DNA from: Ktedonobacterales bacterium | GTDB lineage: Bacteria; Chloroflexota; Ktedonobacteria; Ktedonobacterales; JACDGC01 | Direction of reading: 5' to 3' | DNA length: 64,000 nt | Assembly: GCA_013815535.1 (NCBI GenBank) | Contig: JACDGC010000001.1 | Coordinates: forward strand, 451 to 64,450 | Shown here: in pieces, positions 1 to 9,085 of the stretch | Layout: every line of letters begins with the position of its first letter | Position numbering within the stretch: position 1 is the stretch's first letter | Notes under the pieces: generated by a model | Seen by the model: only the letters and a program-made list of their open reading frames with translations | Told to the model about the DNA's origin: nothing | Databases searched by the model: none | Position numbers and translations under genes: made by a program

Positions 1-1012
1 CCAATCGTTTCACGATATCCTTGTTCTCCCATGCCCTTGGTCGATGCAGGGCTTCAAGGTAGCGCTCGTATTCATAGGGGTCGGTGCAATTCACCGGTGG
101 ACAGGCTTTTCGTCCCTCGATGACGCGCGGATAGGTGGCACGGGGTTTTGGCGGCGCTTCACTCTCCATCCGCACTTCATGGCGCCAATCCTGGGAAGGA
201 TAGGTGAAGCGGAAGGTATTGCCGACCCACGCCATCTCATAGAAGGGCGCGGTGCCGGACCAGCTATCCGTGGCCTGCCCCTTGGGGAAATGATACTGTT
301 GGCTCCCTTTTGTGAGGGCCAGCGCCTGACCTAACGGCCATCCTACTGCGGTGATGAGGATTTTAGCAACATCGTTGAGGGTGGTCTCATCCGGGATGGC
401 AATGCGTCGCCAGCAGATCTCCTGACCATAGGTACCCAACAGCGTCACATACACCTGGTAGATATGGCTTATCCGTGGCGGGCGGGGCGCGGACTGAGGA
501 AGCGCACTGCGACCTCCCCACGGCAGCCGCTTGGGCGGTGGAGCGACAGGCGGGGTGATGGGCGTGAGAATGGGGGGACAGACCAGTCCGGTCGTGCCAA
601 TCGGACCGCCGCGATACATCGCGCTATGGTCAAGGATATTCCGAATCGTTGACACATGCCATTTTTTCCCGTTAGGGGCTGGGATACCTTCAGCATTGAG
701 CGTTCTTACCATCCAGCTGAAGCTTTGTTCTTCTTCGTGCCAGGCAGCAATGCGACGAATGACGGCGGCTTGCTGCTCAACCACCATGACTCCGTGGGTC
801 GAGCGTCTGATACCATACCCCAGCCGCCCCCCGTGATCGCCGACACTCAGTCCTTGTTCTTGCTGGCGCCGCGCTCGTTGAACCCGTAGCTGTTCTTTAT
901 GATAGTCAGCGATAGCGGTGCGCACCTGGGTCAGCGCGACAGCATCTACCCCTTGCTCACTGAGGGTGGTCAAGATCGCATCGAGTTCGCGTAAGGCAAT
1001 GGTCGAGCGCAT
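1..1012 (-). CDS. Recombinase-domain protein (no resolvase catalytic domain) fused to a pRiA4b ORF-3-like domain; 3' end runs off the window
   Basis: Absent from the ORF track because no stop lies inside the window. Hand translation of the minus strand from ATG 1012-1010 (GGAGG about 7 nt upstream, in-frame TAG a few codons upstream) stays open to base 1, about 337 codons, starting MRSTIALRELDAIL. The middle segment GGRLGYGIRRSTHGVMVVEQQAAVIRRIAAWHEEEQSFSWMVRTLNAEGIPAPNGKKWHVSTIRNILDHSAMYRG resembles the 'Recombinase' DNA-binding domain of large serine recombinases. The distal segment IYQVYVTLLG...FRFTYPSQDWRHEVRME...YPRVIEGRKACPPVNCTDPYEYERYLEAL fits the pRiA4b ORF-3 family pattern. Confidence 0.6.
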   Translation of the reverse strand, partial: MRSTIALRELDAILTTLSEQGVDAVALTQVRTAIADYHKEQLRVQRARRQQEQGLSVGDHGGRLGYGIRRSTHGVMVVEQQAAVIRRIAAWHEEEQSFSWMVRTLNAEGIPAPNGKKWHVSTIRNILDHSAMYRGGPIGTTGLVCPPILTPITPPVAPPPKRLPWGGRSALPQSAPRPPRISHIYQVYVTLLGTYGQEICWRRIAIPDETTLNDVAKILITAVGWPLGQALALTKGSQQYHFPKGQATDSWSGTAPFYEMAWVGNTFRFTYPSQDWRHEVRMESEAPPKPRATYPRVIEGRKACPPVNCTDPYEYERYLEALHRPRAWENKDIVKRL

Positions 1013-1102
1013 CAGCGAACCTCCCCGGTGTTGAGCATGCTGGATCTCCTACCTCTAAAGAAAGCACGTGCCAGAACGGTTACCACATTTTTGCCATCCA
1101 TT

Positions 1103-1882
1103 TTATGCGCCTGCATCTTCCCAGCGTTGGCGTTGGCCAAAGAGCGATGCTGCCTCATACCACGGCATGAGGTCGACGTGCATCGGTGGATCATCCGCTT
1201 CCGGGGGAGGAAGATACCCTTCTTGCAAGAGGTGGCCAATCGGTGGCAACTTTTCATCGTTGGGCGGTAGGGCCTCGCTGGGAAGTTCCTTCCCGGTCCA
1301 AAATTGCTCGAACGTCAACGTGGCGGCCTCATCCTGCTGTTCGGCGGGAGCAGCATTGAGGCGCTGCAAGAGATCGGGGAGGGCCATGCCATTGAGGCGC
1401 AGGATCAATGCCTGTTGGCGGTCGAATTCCTGCGCGAGCAGATACAATAGCGTCGTCATATGGAGGCATAAATGGACCGCGACCAGGGAACACTCACAGT
1501 GACCGGTGAAATCGGATGGGAAGAGCGAAAGGTTACTTTGCTGAATGCTGCTCTCGAAGGCGGCGGTTATTTCGTGACGACGGAGTTCGGCGATCCGTTC
1601 CGGCTGGGAGCGCAACCCTTCGATGAGGGGTTTCCAGACCGCCGCCGACCACCACGGCGTTTGCACCACCACCTCGTAGGAGCGACCGTCGATAATAACG
1701 GTCCCGGTGATGCTCCCTCGGGCAATGGCCAAACGTTCGAGCATCGCATCGGTGGCTGCACGCCGTCCGCGAGACCAGATCTCACCGCTCCCTTTGGCAA
1801 TCAGGTCGAGATGAGCGATCCAGGCTCTCGCCAGGCGGCCCCAGACAAATTGATCGAGCTGCGCGGGCGGACGAGAGTTCAT
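1103..1882 (-). CDS. SWIM zinc-finger protein
   Basis: 259-aa ORF with a CxCx(n)CxH motif (GHCECSLVAVHLCLHM). It lies 6 nt downstream of the SNF2 helicase gene, the classic bacterial SNF2+SWIM pairing. Confidence 0.7.
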   Translation of the reverse strand: MNSRPPAQLDQFVWGRLARAWIAHLDLIAKGSGEIWSRGRRAATDAMLERLAIARGSITGTVIIDGRSYEVVVQTPWWSAAVWKPLIEGLRSQPERIAELRRHEITAAFESSIQQSNLSLFPSDFTGHCECSLVAVHLCLHMTTLLYLLAQEFDRQQALILRLNGMALPDLLQRLNAAPAEQQDEAATLTFEQFWTGKELPSEALPPNDEKLPPIGHLLQEGYLPPPEADDPPMHVDLMPWYEAASLFGQRQRWEDAGA

Positions 1883-1888
1883 CTTTAA

Positions 1889-4800
1889 CTACTCCAGATA
1901 CATTGGCTCGAAGGCGGCCAGGCTATCCTGTTGCAGGGCGAGCAGGTCTCGCAGCTGATCGATACTCAGCTTCTCCAGATCGTGTTCGTTGGACACGATG
2001 ATATCATCCGCCAGGCGCTGCTTGCCGTCGATCAGATCGGCGATGCGTTGCTCCAAGGTCCCGGCACATACGAGAGTATGCACATGGACCGTTTTTGTCT
2101 GGCCGATCCGGTGTGCGCGGTCGGTTGCTTGGTCCTCGGCGGCCTTCGTCCACCAGCGATCGTAATGGATGACCGTGCTGGCACGGACTAAATTCAGGGC
2201 ATTTCCGCCCGCCTTGAGCGAGATGAGGAAAATGCGCGGGCCCTGCTCCTCATGCTCGAAGCGCTCGACCATTTCTGCCCGCTGTTTCCGTGTTGAATGG
2301 CCCGCGAAGAACAGCACCTCCTCGCCGAAGCGCTCCGCGAGATAGGGTTGGAGCGTTTTGCCCCAATCAGCGAATTGGGTGAAGACAAGGATACGCTGAT
2401 CTTCGGCGAGCGCATCTGCCAAAAGTTCTTCGAGCCGTAGTAACTTTCCTGACCGACGTGGGAGGGGGGAACGTTCTTTGAGATAATGCGCTGGATGATT
2501 GCAACACTGTTTGAGCCGCTGAATGAGGCGGAACACCGCTCCCTGTCGTTTGAATGGATCCGTATCGGCCAGCGTCTCTTCCATATGTTGCAAGATGCCT
2601 GCGTAGATGCCGGCTTGCTCCGTTGTGAGGGTGCAATACTCGATTTCTTCGATCTTGGGGGGCAACTCCGGCGCAATTTCGGGATCGGTCTTGAGCCGTC
2701 GCAGGATGAATGGCGCGAGCAATTGTTGGAGCTCGTGTTTGGCATCATCGTCGTCGCGCTGCATGGGGAGGATGAATCGCTGGCGAAAGGCTTCCTGGCT
2801 GCCTAATAACCCCGGATTGAGAAAGCTTTCGATGGCATGGATGTCGAGCGCGGAATTTTCCACGGGCGTGCCCGTCAGCGCCAGGCGATAGCGTGCGTTC
2901 AATGCCCTGGCAGCACGCGCCTGTTTGGTCCCATGATTTTTGACTTGATGGGCCTCATCGAGGATCACGCCCTGCCACGGGATCTGGCGCAGCAATTCCA
3001 CGTCTCTGAGGAGGACCTGGTAGCTGGTTACCACCAATTCGTGGCGTAGCGCGGCCTGCCAGAGATCCTCGCGATGGCGCCGTTGCCCATGATGGATGAG
3101 TGGGTTCAGATTGCAGAAGCGCTGCGCTTCCTGCTGCCAGTTCGTGACGGAGGAAGTGGTCGTGACGACGAGAAATGGGCCGCTATTGGGGCGGGCGCGT
3201 TGATATTGCAGCAAGGCTAACGCTTGAACCGTCTTCCCGAGCCCCATCGAGTCAGCAAGCAAGGGACTCAAGCCATGTTCGGTCAGGAAGAAGAGCCAAT
3301 TGACGCCGCGTTGCTGATAGGGGCGCAACGTGGCGTTGAGTCCCGGTGGGGGCGGCAATTCCTTGATTTTCTGATGTCCCCGTAAGTACCCCATTAGCTC
3401 GTCGATGGATCCTTGCGAAATCCACTCTTCCTGAACGCCGGGTACCGGGGTACGCTCTTGGTCAAGGAAGATCTGCAGCATTTGCGTAAAGGTCGTTTTA
3501 CGCCGTCGGCGAATGAGGGCGAGGCCATGTTGCAGCGCCTGTTGATCGAGACGTGCCCAGCGTCCGCGCCAGCGAACGAGCGGTGATTTCAGCGCGGCAA
3601 GCGTCTCCAATTCGCGCAGCGTGATCGTCTCATCCCCTAACGCCAGTTGCCAATCGACCTCGAGGAGGGCATCATACGTGAGGGTTGCTTCCTCCCCAGT
3701 GGGTTGGCGAATGGCTCCGGAGACCGTCAAGGTGCGCCGCTGGGTGGCCTCTTCCCACCACGTAGGGAAATAGACCCCGAACCCGGCCGCAATCAAGGTG
3801 GGAGCCTCGTCACGTAAAAACGTCAGCAATTCATCGGTGGTGCAGGTGGCGCTCGTCAGCGCGTCGCAATCAATCCTGCCATGCAGCATGGGGCTATAGG
3901 CCAGGGCGTAACGGAGAATTTCTCGGCAGCGGGTAGCGGAGATCGTCTTAAACCCACTGGGCAGCTCGCTGGCTATCTCGGATATCGCACTCAGGGGGAA
4001 GCGTGAACTGGGATCGGTGACATCTTCTAAAAATGGGCTCAGCGTCCATGTCTCATCCTCTTCGGTAGACGGCTCATAGACCTGCCAGACCAATCGCACG
4101 GGGAGCTCGCGCACCATCTCCGCTCGTGCGCGCCACTCTGCCAGGTGGAGATGCCATTTCATGGCTGCGGCGCTGGGAAGTGGGAGGGCCGGATTTGTGG
4201 CTTGTAGGGCCTGCAACCAGAGCTGATAGGGTGAAGAGAGGCGAGTGGGTTGCCCATCGTTGGCGCTGCGGGCTTGGAGGCAGATCCGCATCTGTCCATC
4301 GACCATGCCCCGCAGAATGGCTTCACAGGCATCTTCCGCTGGCAGCAAGGCTCCGTCACTGTGTAGGTGTTGCGCGGCACGGCAGACGAGGGGCATATGG
4401 CGGGCAAACATGGCGCACCGTAGCTGCTCCTTCTGATCGAGGATTGGTTCCCAGGCGGCGGTGATGTTGCCTTGTGGGGCCAGGCGGGTCGTTGGTAACA
4501 CTCGGCCACCCGCTAACAGGACGGCAGCGTATTGGGCCAACGACGCCCAGAAAGCGAGATCGTAGCCCATCTCGATATCCGCAAAGTTTTCCCAGAGGCT
4601 GGGGATTGCCAAGAAGAAGAGCGCGGCATCGACCATCGTGATGTATTGCCCGATGACGGTCCAGGCATGGAGGCGGGGGGTGAGATGCGTTGGTGGTTGC
4701 CCGCCATCGATGAGCTTGGCAGGCAGGGGACACTGCTTATAGGTTGGCAGCCAGAGCGGCGCTGAAGCCAGTTCTGGCGGGAAGAAGACGCCAGCAGCGG

Positions 4801-5110
4801 TGAGGAGGCGGCGGAAGATACCTTCCACTTCGTCTCTTTTGGCGGACAATGGTTGAAAAGGATACGTTGGGGTGGTGTTGGTGGACAGGGCATAGCTTGG
4901 CTCTTTGGCTGAGGCCCATTCGCCACGTAGGTGTTTGTTCAGTTCGGCGAGGTCTGGCGGTCGTTCCAGCCAGAGGAACACCACGTCGCGCGCCAGCGTG
5001 GCATGCAAGACATATGGCATCGGCCCCAATCCCCCTTGCAGCGTATCATAGCACCTGGGTCGCGTCGGAGCATAGCATGGGGGACTCTCTGTTTGCGCTA
5101 GCTTCATCAT
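1889..5110 (-). CDS. SNF2-family DEAD/DEAH-box helicase with a long N-terminal SNF2-associated region
   Basis: Walker A-like LADSMGLGKTVQ, DEAH box (VILDEAHQVKN), and helicase-C motifs (LISLKAGGNALNL, DRWWTKAAEDQATDRAHRIGQTK). The likely true start is ATG 5020 (MPYVLHATL, AGGGGGA upstream) rather than the longest-ORF start at 5110. Confidence 0.9.
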   Translation of the reverse strand: MMKLAQTESPPCYAPTRPRCYDTLQGGLGPMPYVLHATLARDVVFLWLERPPDLAELNKHLRGEWASAKEPSYALSTNTTPTYPFQPLSAKRDEVEGIFRRLLTAAGVFFPPELASAPLWLPTYKQCPLPAKLIDGGQPPTHLTPRLHAWTVIGQYITMVDAALFFLAIPSLWENFADIEMGYDLAFWASLAQYAAVLLAGGRVLPTTRLAPQGNITAAWEPILDQKEQLRCAMFARHMPLVCRAAQHLHSDGALLPAEDACEAILRGMVDGQMRICLQARSANDGQPTRLSSPYQLWLQALQATNPALPLPSAAAMKWHLHLAEWRARAEMVRELPVRLVWQVYEPSTEEDETWTLSPFLEDVTDPSSRFPLSAISEIASELPSGFKTISATRCREILRYALAYSPMLHGRIDCDALTSATCTTDELLTFLRDEAPTLIAAGFGVYFPTWWEEATQRRTLTVSGAIRQPTGEEATLTYDALLEVDWQLALGDETITLRELETLAALKSPLVRWRGRWARLDQQALQHGLALIRRRRKTTFTQMLQIFLDQERTPVPGVQEEWISQGSIDELMGYLRGHQKIKELPPPPGLNATLRPYQQRGVNWLFFLTEHGLSPLLADSMGLGKTVQALALLQYQRARPNSGPFLVVTTTSSVTNWQQEAQRFCNLNPLIHHGQRRHREDLWQAALRHELVVTSYQVLLRDVELLRQIPWQGVILDEAHQVKNHGTKQARAARALNARYRLALTGTPVENSALDIHAIESFLNPGLLGSQEAFRQRFILPMQRDDDDAKHELQQLLAPFILRRLKTDPEIAPELPPKIEEIEYCTLTTEQAGIYAGILQHMEETLADTDPFKRQGAVFRLIQRLKQCCNHPAHYLKERSPLPRRSGKLLRLEELLADALAEDQRILVFTQFADWGKTLQPYLAERFGEEVLFFAGHSTRKQRAEMVERFEHEEQGPRIFLISLKAGGNALNLVRASTVIHYDRWWTKAAEDQATDRAHRIGQTKTVHVHTLVCAGTLEQRIADLIDGKQRLADDIIVSNEHDLEKLSIDQLRDLLALQQDSLAAFEPMYLE

Positions 5111-5260
5111 CTCCTAGGAAGCTTCGCGCATAAACTGTGCTTGGTATTGGGCTACAGACAAATCGGGAATAGAGCCTCCTATGGGCTTTCAGGTGCGATC
5201 TGACGATAAGATACGACGACCTATATAACTACCATGTGAGGTGATGCGATTCTGGTCTAT

Positions 5261-5569
5261 GTGGCTCTGACCCTGGCTGACGTTCTCGCCTGGCTGGAAG
5301 AATCCCGTTACCATGTGCTGGAATATAGTGCTGATTGTCATCGGGCCTTTATTCAGGATGAGGATGCCGTCGAGCACCCTTTCATCCCGGTCGCCATCGC
5401 CCGCCAACTGCTGGCCAACGGGCAGATCGCGGTCTGGCGCTACATCGGTCAGTGGAATCGAGGCTATCATTCGTATCGGCCCACGGCCTGGGTGGAGGAG
5501 TGGAAGCGTGTCTATGGCGTCGAGGTTGAAGTGGCCGCCGCACGATTGGCGTTGTCCAATGGAAAGTAA
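5261..5569 (+). CDS. hypothetical protein (102 aa, GTG start)
   Basis: The plus-strand ORF has plausible GC3-rich codon usage and a non-repetitive sequence. The overlapping minus ORF 5189-5596 looks like a shadow frame. Confidence 0.4.
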   Translation: MALTLADVLAWLEESRYHVLEYSADCHRAFIQDEDAVEHPFIPVAIARQLLANGQIAVWRYIGQWNRGYHSYRPTAWVEEWKRVYGVEVEVAAARLALSNGK

Positions 5570-5689
5570 CCCTGAGAGGGCCAACAGAACACGCAAATTT
5601 TAGAATATAGTACAGATGTGCTCTCTAAAGGGCAACATTTCTGCATGCTACAATATGGGCAGACACATGAAAGTAGGGAGAAAGACGCT

Positions 5690-6211
5690 ATGGCGGATAC
5701 AGAACGATTGCGTGAGCTGGCCCAAGTAGCACGCGCCCAACCAGCCATACCCGCCGTCGCTTCCTTAGCGGTCACGCCCGTCGAATATGGGCGCGAAGAG
5801 GCAGAAGAGGTGTTGGGGCGGCTGCGCACGCTGCTCCAGCCCGATACGTTTGCTGCCTTTGATTTCACGATCAGGACGAGACGAATGGGCGCAGATGCTC
5901 GTGTTTGGTATGTAGGATTCGATCTCGATATGCGGGAATGGCGTGTCACAAGCGCAGGTGAATGGCGAGGCATGTACTTCGTTCCCAATGAAGGACTAGA
6001 GTTTCATACCCCTGGTTATGAGATTGAGTCGTATCATAGCGCCGATCTTGCATTGAAAGGGAAAGAACGCGCTGAGGTGACAGGAGATGAACCTCATAGT
6101 ACAACCATGCTGCGCTACGTGCCCGATGGGCATCCTGAAACATTTGAGGCGCGCCTTCTCATCGCCATCGACGATTGGGAACGGGATCACCCATCGCAAG
6201 AGGATGAGTGA
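5690..6211 (+). CDS. hypothetical protein
   Basis: ORF 5618-6211. The preferred start is ATG 5690 (MADTERLRE), preceded by GGGAGA. No recognisable domain. Confidence 0.45.
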   Translation: MADTERLRELAQVARAQPAIPAVASLAVTPVEYGREEAEEVLGRLRTLLQPDTFAAFDFTIRTRRMGADARVWYVGFDLDMREWRVTSAGEWRGMYFVPNEGLEFHTPGYEIESYHSADLALKGKERAEVTGDEPHSTTMLRYVPDGHPETFEARLLIAIDDWERDHPSQEDE

Positions 6212-6327
6212 TTAGATCGATCCTTTTTTATCGAAATAACGCGAAAAGCCCCCGTTTTCCCAGCGGAGGATTGTGACTCGTAGAATGGTTATTCCGTATT
6301 CTCGATGAAGCTTGCTTCGATTGATTG

Positions 6328-6657
6328 CTAGCTTGTTGAGGGGACTATGGGCGGAAATACCCTTTCCTCATAGCAGTTCCAACAGAGCCAACCATCGTGG
6401 AGCGCGGTCGTAGAATTGGGCATTATTTCGACGCCACATTGCATACAGTAATCTTTGAAATAACACCTGGTTGAAGGGCAACGACCTTCGCTACATAGAC
6501 ACTCCCGGTCATCCGCTACGCCGCAACAGGTACATGGCAAAGGAGAATCATCATCAAGAAGCATTTCCTCTTCGATCATGCTTTGTATCAACTCATGGAG
6601 AATGTCCTGTGCCCAAGCGCGCTGCCGTCTCAATGTTTTCCGATTCTTCTTGCTCAT
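6328..6657 (-). CDS. Cys-rich small protein (putative zinc-ribbon)
   Basis: Start MSKKNRKTLRRQ is preceded by GAGAGGTG. Multiple CxxC-like pairs are present (CTCCG, CLCSEGRC, CMQCG, CWNC). Confidence 0.45.
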   Translation of the reverse strand: MSKKNRKTLRRQRAWAQDILHELIQSMIEEEMLLDDDSPLPCTCCGVADDRECLCSEGRCPSTRCYFKDYCMQCGVEIMPNSTTALHDGWLCWNCYEERVFPPIVPSTS

Positions 6658-6780
6658 GTTGTCACCTCTCGTTTCTTTTGCACACGTAGTGTGCGAGTCA
6701 ATCACTCGCCTTCCTCGTTGAGCGTCGCAACAAAGGTATTCCTTAGAATCCATCAGCACAGGTGCTCACAGGCGTATGTC

Positions 6781-9075
6781 TCACCCGAAATGCGTCAGGG
6801 TTGCGAACCCAGCGAGGGCCATACAATACCAGCCGGTGAAGATGAGATAAGTGATGTGATCGGCTCGCTTGCCGCGTTGCGCGATGAGCCGCCAGCCGAT
6901 GAGCCATGCTAGGGTGGCGAGGGCGAGTTCGATCACGAATCGCAGACTGGACGGCGGGAATGACGCTGTGAGTAAGAGATGGAACGCGATAGGGAGGAAG
7001 ATGAAGGCTGCTAGGAGGATGCGGCGCACAGCCGCTTCCCCCCACATGATTGGCAGGGTATGGCGGTCACGCGCCCGATCTCCGCTGATATCACGCAGAT
7101 CCTGGATCGAGATGACTAATGTAACGATGACGGCGAGGGCTACTATCCACCGCGCGGCCGTCATGGTGAGCGGTTGGGCGATCTGCCAAACACTGCCGAG
7201 TTCGGCCATGACGCCAAGGCCCATCACCCCATTCTTCCACCAGGGCGACCGATCCCAGCCCAAAGCAGAGGTGAGCGAAATGACGATCCAGAGGGCCGAG
7301 AACGTGAGGATATGGGCGACCAGCCCTAACCCGATAAACACGCCGACGATGATCGACCAGCGCACCCATGCCCCACGCACGGAGAGGAGGCCACGGACCA
7401 GCGGGCGATCTGGTTTATTGATCGCATCTTCCGCTATTCCGGCGATCTGGTTGGCGATCGTGAAGCAGAGGCCGAAGCAGATAAAATACCCTAGCGCAAA
7501 GCCCCAGGTCACCAGGGGATGTTGGTGTGGCACGGGGAGCGCGGCGAGGATGAAGAGGAGCGGCGGAATGATCGCTGCGGGGACATCGTACCGCAGAAAT
7601 CCCATGAGGATGCCTCCCTCTTTGATCAGCCTTTGGGTGAACTGTCCCGTCCAATGGGTCAGGTGCCGAGCCCATCCTGCTGAACGTGTCCTGAAGACAC
7701 GCGCCACCGGACGCACGATTCGTATGGCGGAAGTAGTGTGTCCAGGCTGGTAGCGTTGTGGCACGGTAGACCGCCGCGCAACGCCCTCACCGGGGATGCG
7801 GATATGCCATATCCACGGGATGGCGGCCAGCGCGATGAGGCTGCCAACGATCAACGTGCCATAAATGCCCAGCGCCAACGAAAGGATCCCGGCCAACAAT
7901 GCCCCAAGGGGTACCGTTCCCACGGCGAAGCAGGTATACGATGCGAGGACGCGCCCCATCATGACCGGCGGGATCGTTTGCTGGCGAATGCTCCGCAGGA
8001 GGACATTCAGCAAGGCTTGGCCGAAACCGTTGAGGCCGAATGCTAATGCCAGGATCAGACTGATGCTGGTCGGTGTCCCCACCGCGAGCGGAATGCAGAG
8101 TAGTCCGGCCACGCTGATACTTATGGCCAGGCGCAGGGCGGTTTGTATCCGCCAGCGCTGCAAGAGGGTGGCGGACAGCACGGCACCCAGAAGGGCACCG
8201 CAACTGCCCATTGCCAGAATCGCTCCCATCCATACGGGGGCGACGCCGTGGTGATGCGCATAGAGCAGCCAGAGGGTTAGGATGATCTGTTCCGCCAAGT
8301 TGTAAATGCCCGACATCGCGGTGAGGGCGCGCAAATGGGTATGCCTGAACGTGTAGGTGAGTCCGCTGCGGATTTCGTGGAGCAACGGTCGCCGCTCTTC
8401 CAGGGGAGGTGGCAGCGGTTCGTGCGCTGGTGTTGCCATCGTACTCAGGCCTGCGACGGCAAATGATACGGCATCGATGGCAATGGCACACGGCGCCGTC
8501 AGGAATTGGACCAGTAAGCCGGCGATGCCTGGCCCCGCAATCTTCGCGGATGACGCGCTGATCTGCAATTTACTGTTGCCGCTCACGATGTGTTCCGGTG
8601 CCAGGATGACCCCGACATACGCCTGGTAGGCCAGGTTGAAGATGACGGCGCAGACGCCTGCGGCGAAAGCGACGCAGTAGAGTAAGGGGAACGAGAGCTG
8701 GTGCGTGAACCAGGCCAAAGGAATCATGGCTAGCAATCCCGCGCGGGCCAGGTTGGTCCACACGATGAGTGGACGCCGACGGCGCTGGTCGACCCACACC
8801 CCAAATGCCAGGGAGAAGAGCAGATAGGGGAGCCATGCCAAGGCATCGAGTAAGCCGATCTCGAAGGCCGTCGCCTGGAGGGCGAGGATGGCGGTGAATG
8901 GGAGGGCGATAACCGTGATCTCGGTGCCAAAGAGGGAGATCGTTTCGCCGGCCCAGAGGCGGCAGAACGCGGCATTCTGCCAAAGGGAATGGGATCGCCC
9001 CATTGGCGGGCTGGGTGCCGCAACGCTGGAATTGCTGGTGGGTGGGGGGGCGATAAGGGTCTGCGACATAGCCAA
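6781..9075 (-). CDS. MFS transporter fused in frame to a UbiA-family prenyltransferase-like domain
   Basis: The N-terminal part of about 430 aa is polytopic and MFS/EntS-like (LWAGETISLFGTEITVIALPF, VWVDQRRRRP). The C-terminal 274 aa (6781-7605) carries UbiA motifs: NQIAGIAEDAINKPDRPLVRG (compare NDxxDxxxDxxNxPxRPL) and QDLRDISGDRARDRHTLP (DxxDxxxD...TLP). There is no stop between the halves. An internal ATG at 7605 is preceded by GAGGGAGG. Confidence 0.65.
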   Translation of the reverse strand: MAMSQTLIAPPPTSNSSVAAPSPPMGRSHSLWQNAAFCRLWAGETISLFGTEITVIALPFTAILALQATAFEIGLLDALAWLPYLLFSLAFGVWVDQRRRRPLIVWTNLARAGLLAMIPLAWFTHQLSFPLLYCVAFAAGVCAVIFNLAYQAYVGVILAPEHIVSGNSKLQISASSAKIAGPGIAGLLVQFLTAPCAIAIDAVSFAVAGLSTMATPAHEPLPPPLEERRPLLHEIRSGLTYTFRHTHLRALTAMSGIYNLAEQIILTLWLLYAHHHGVAPVWMGAILAMGSCGALLGAVLSATLLQRWRIQTALRLAISISVAGLLCIPLAVGTPTSISLILALAFGLNGFGQALLNVLLRSIRQQTIPPVMMGRVLASYTCFAVGTVPLGALLAGILSLALGIYGTLIVGSLIALAAIPWIWHIRIPGEGVARRSTVPQRYQPGHTTSAIRIVRPVARVFRTRSAGWARHLTHWTGQFTQRLIKEGGILMGFLRYDVPAAIIPPLLFILAALPVPHQHPLVTWGFALGYFICFGLCFTIANQIAGIAEDAINKPDRPLVRGLLSVRGAWVRWSIIVGVFIGLGLVAHILTFSALWIVISLTSALGWDRSPWWKNGVMGLGVMAELGSVWQIAQPLTMTAARWIVALAVIVTLVISIQDLRDISGDRARDRHTLPIMWGEAAVRRILLAAFIFLPIAFHLLLTASFPPSSLRFVIELALATLAWLIGWRLIAQRGKRADHITYLIFTGWYCMALAGFATLTHFG

Positions 9076-9085
9076 GGAAGCTCCT

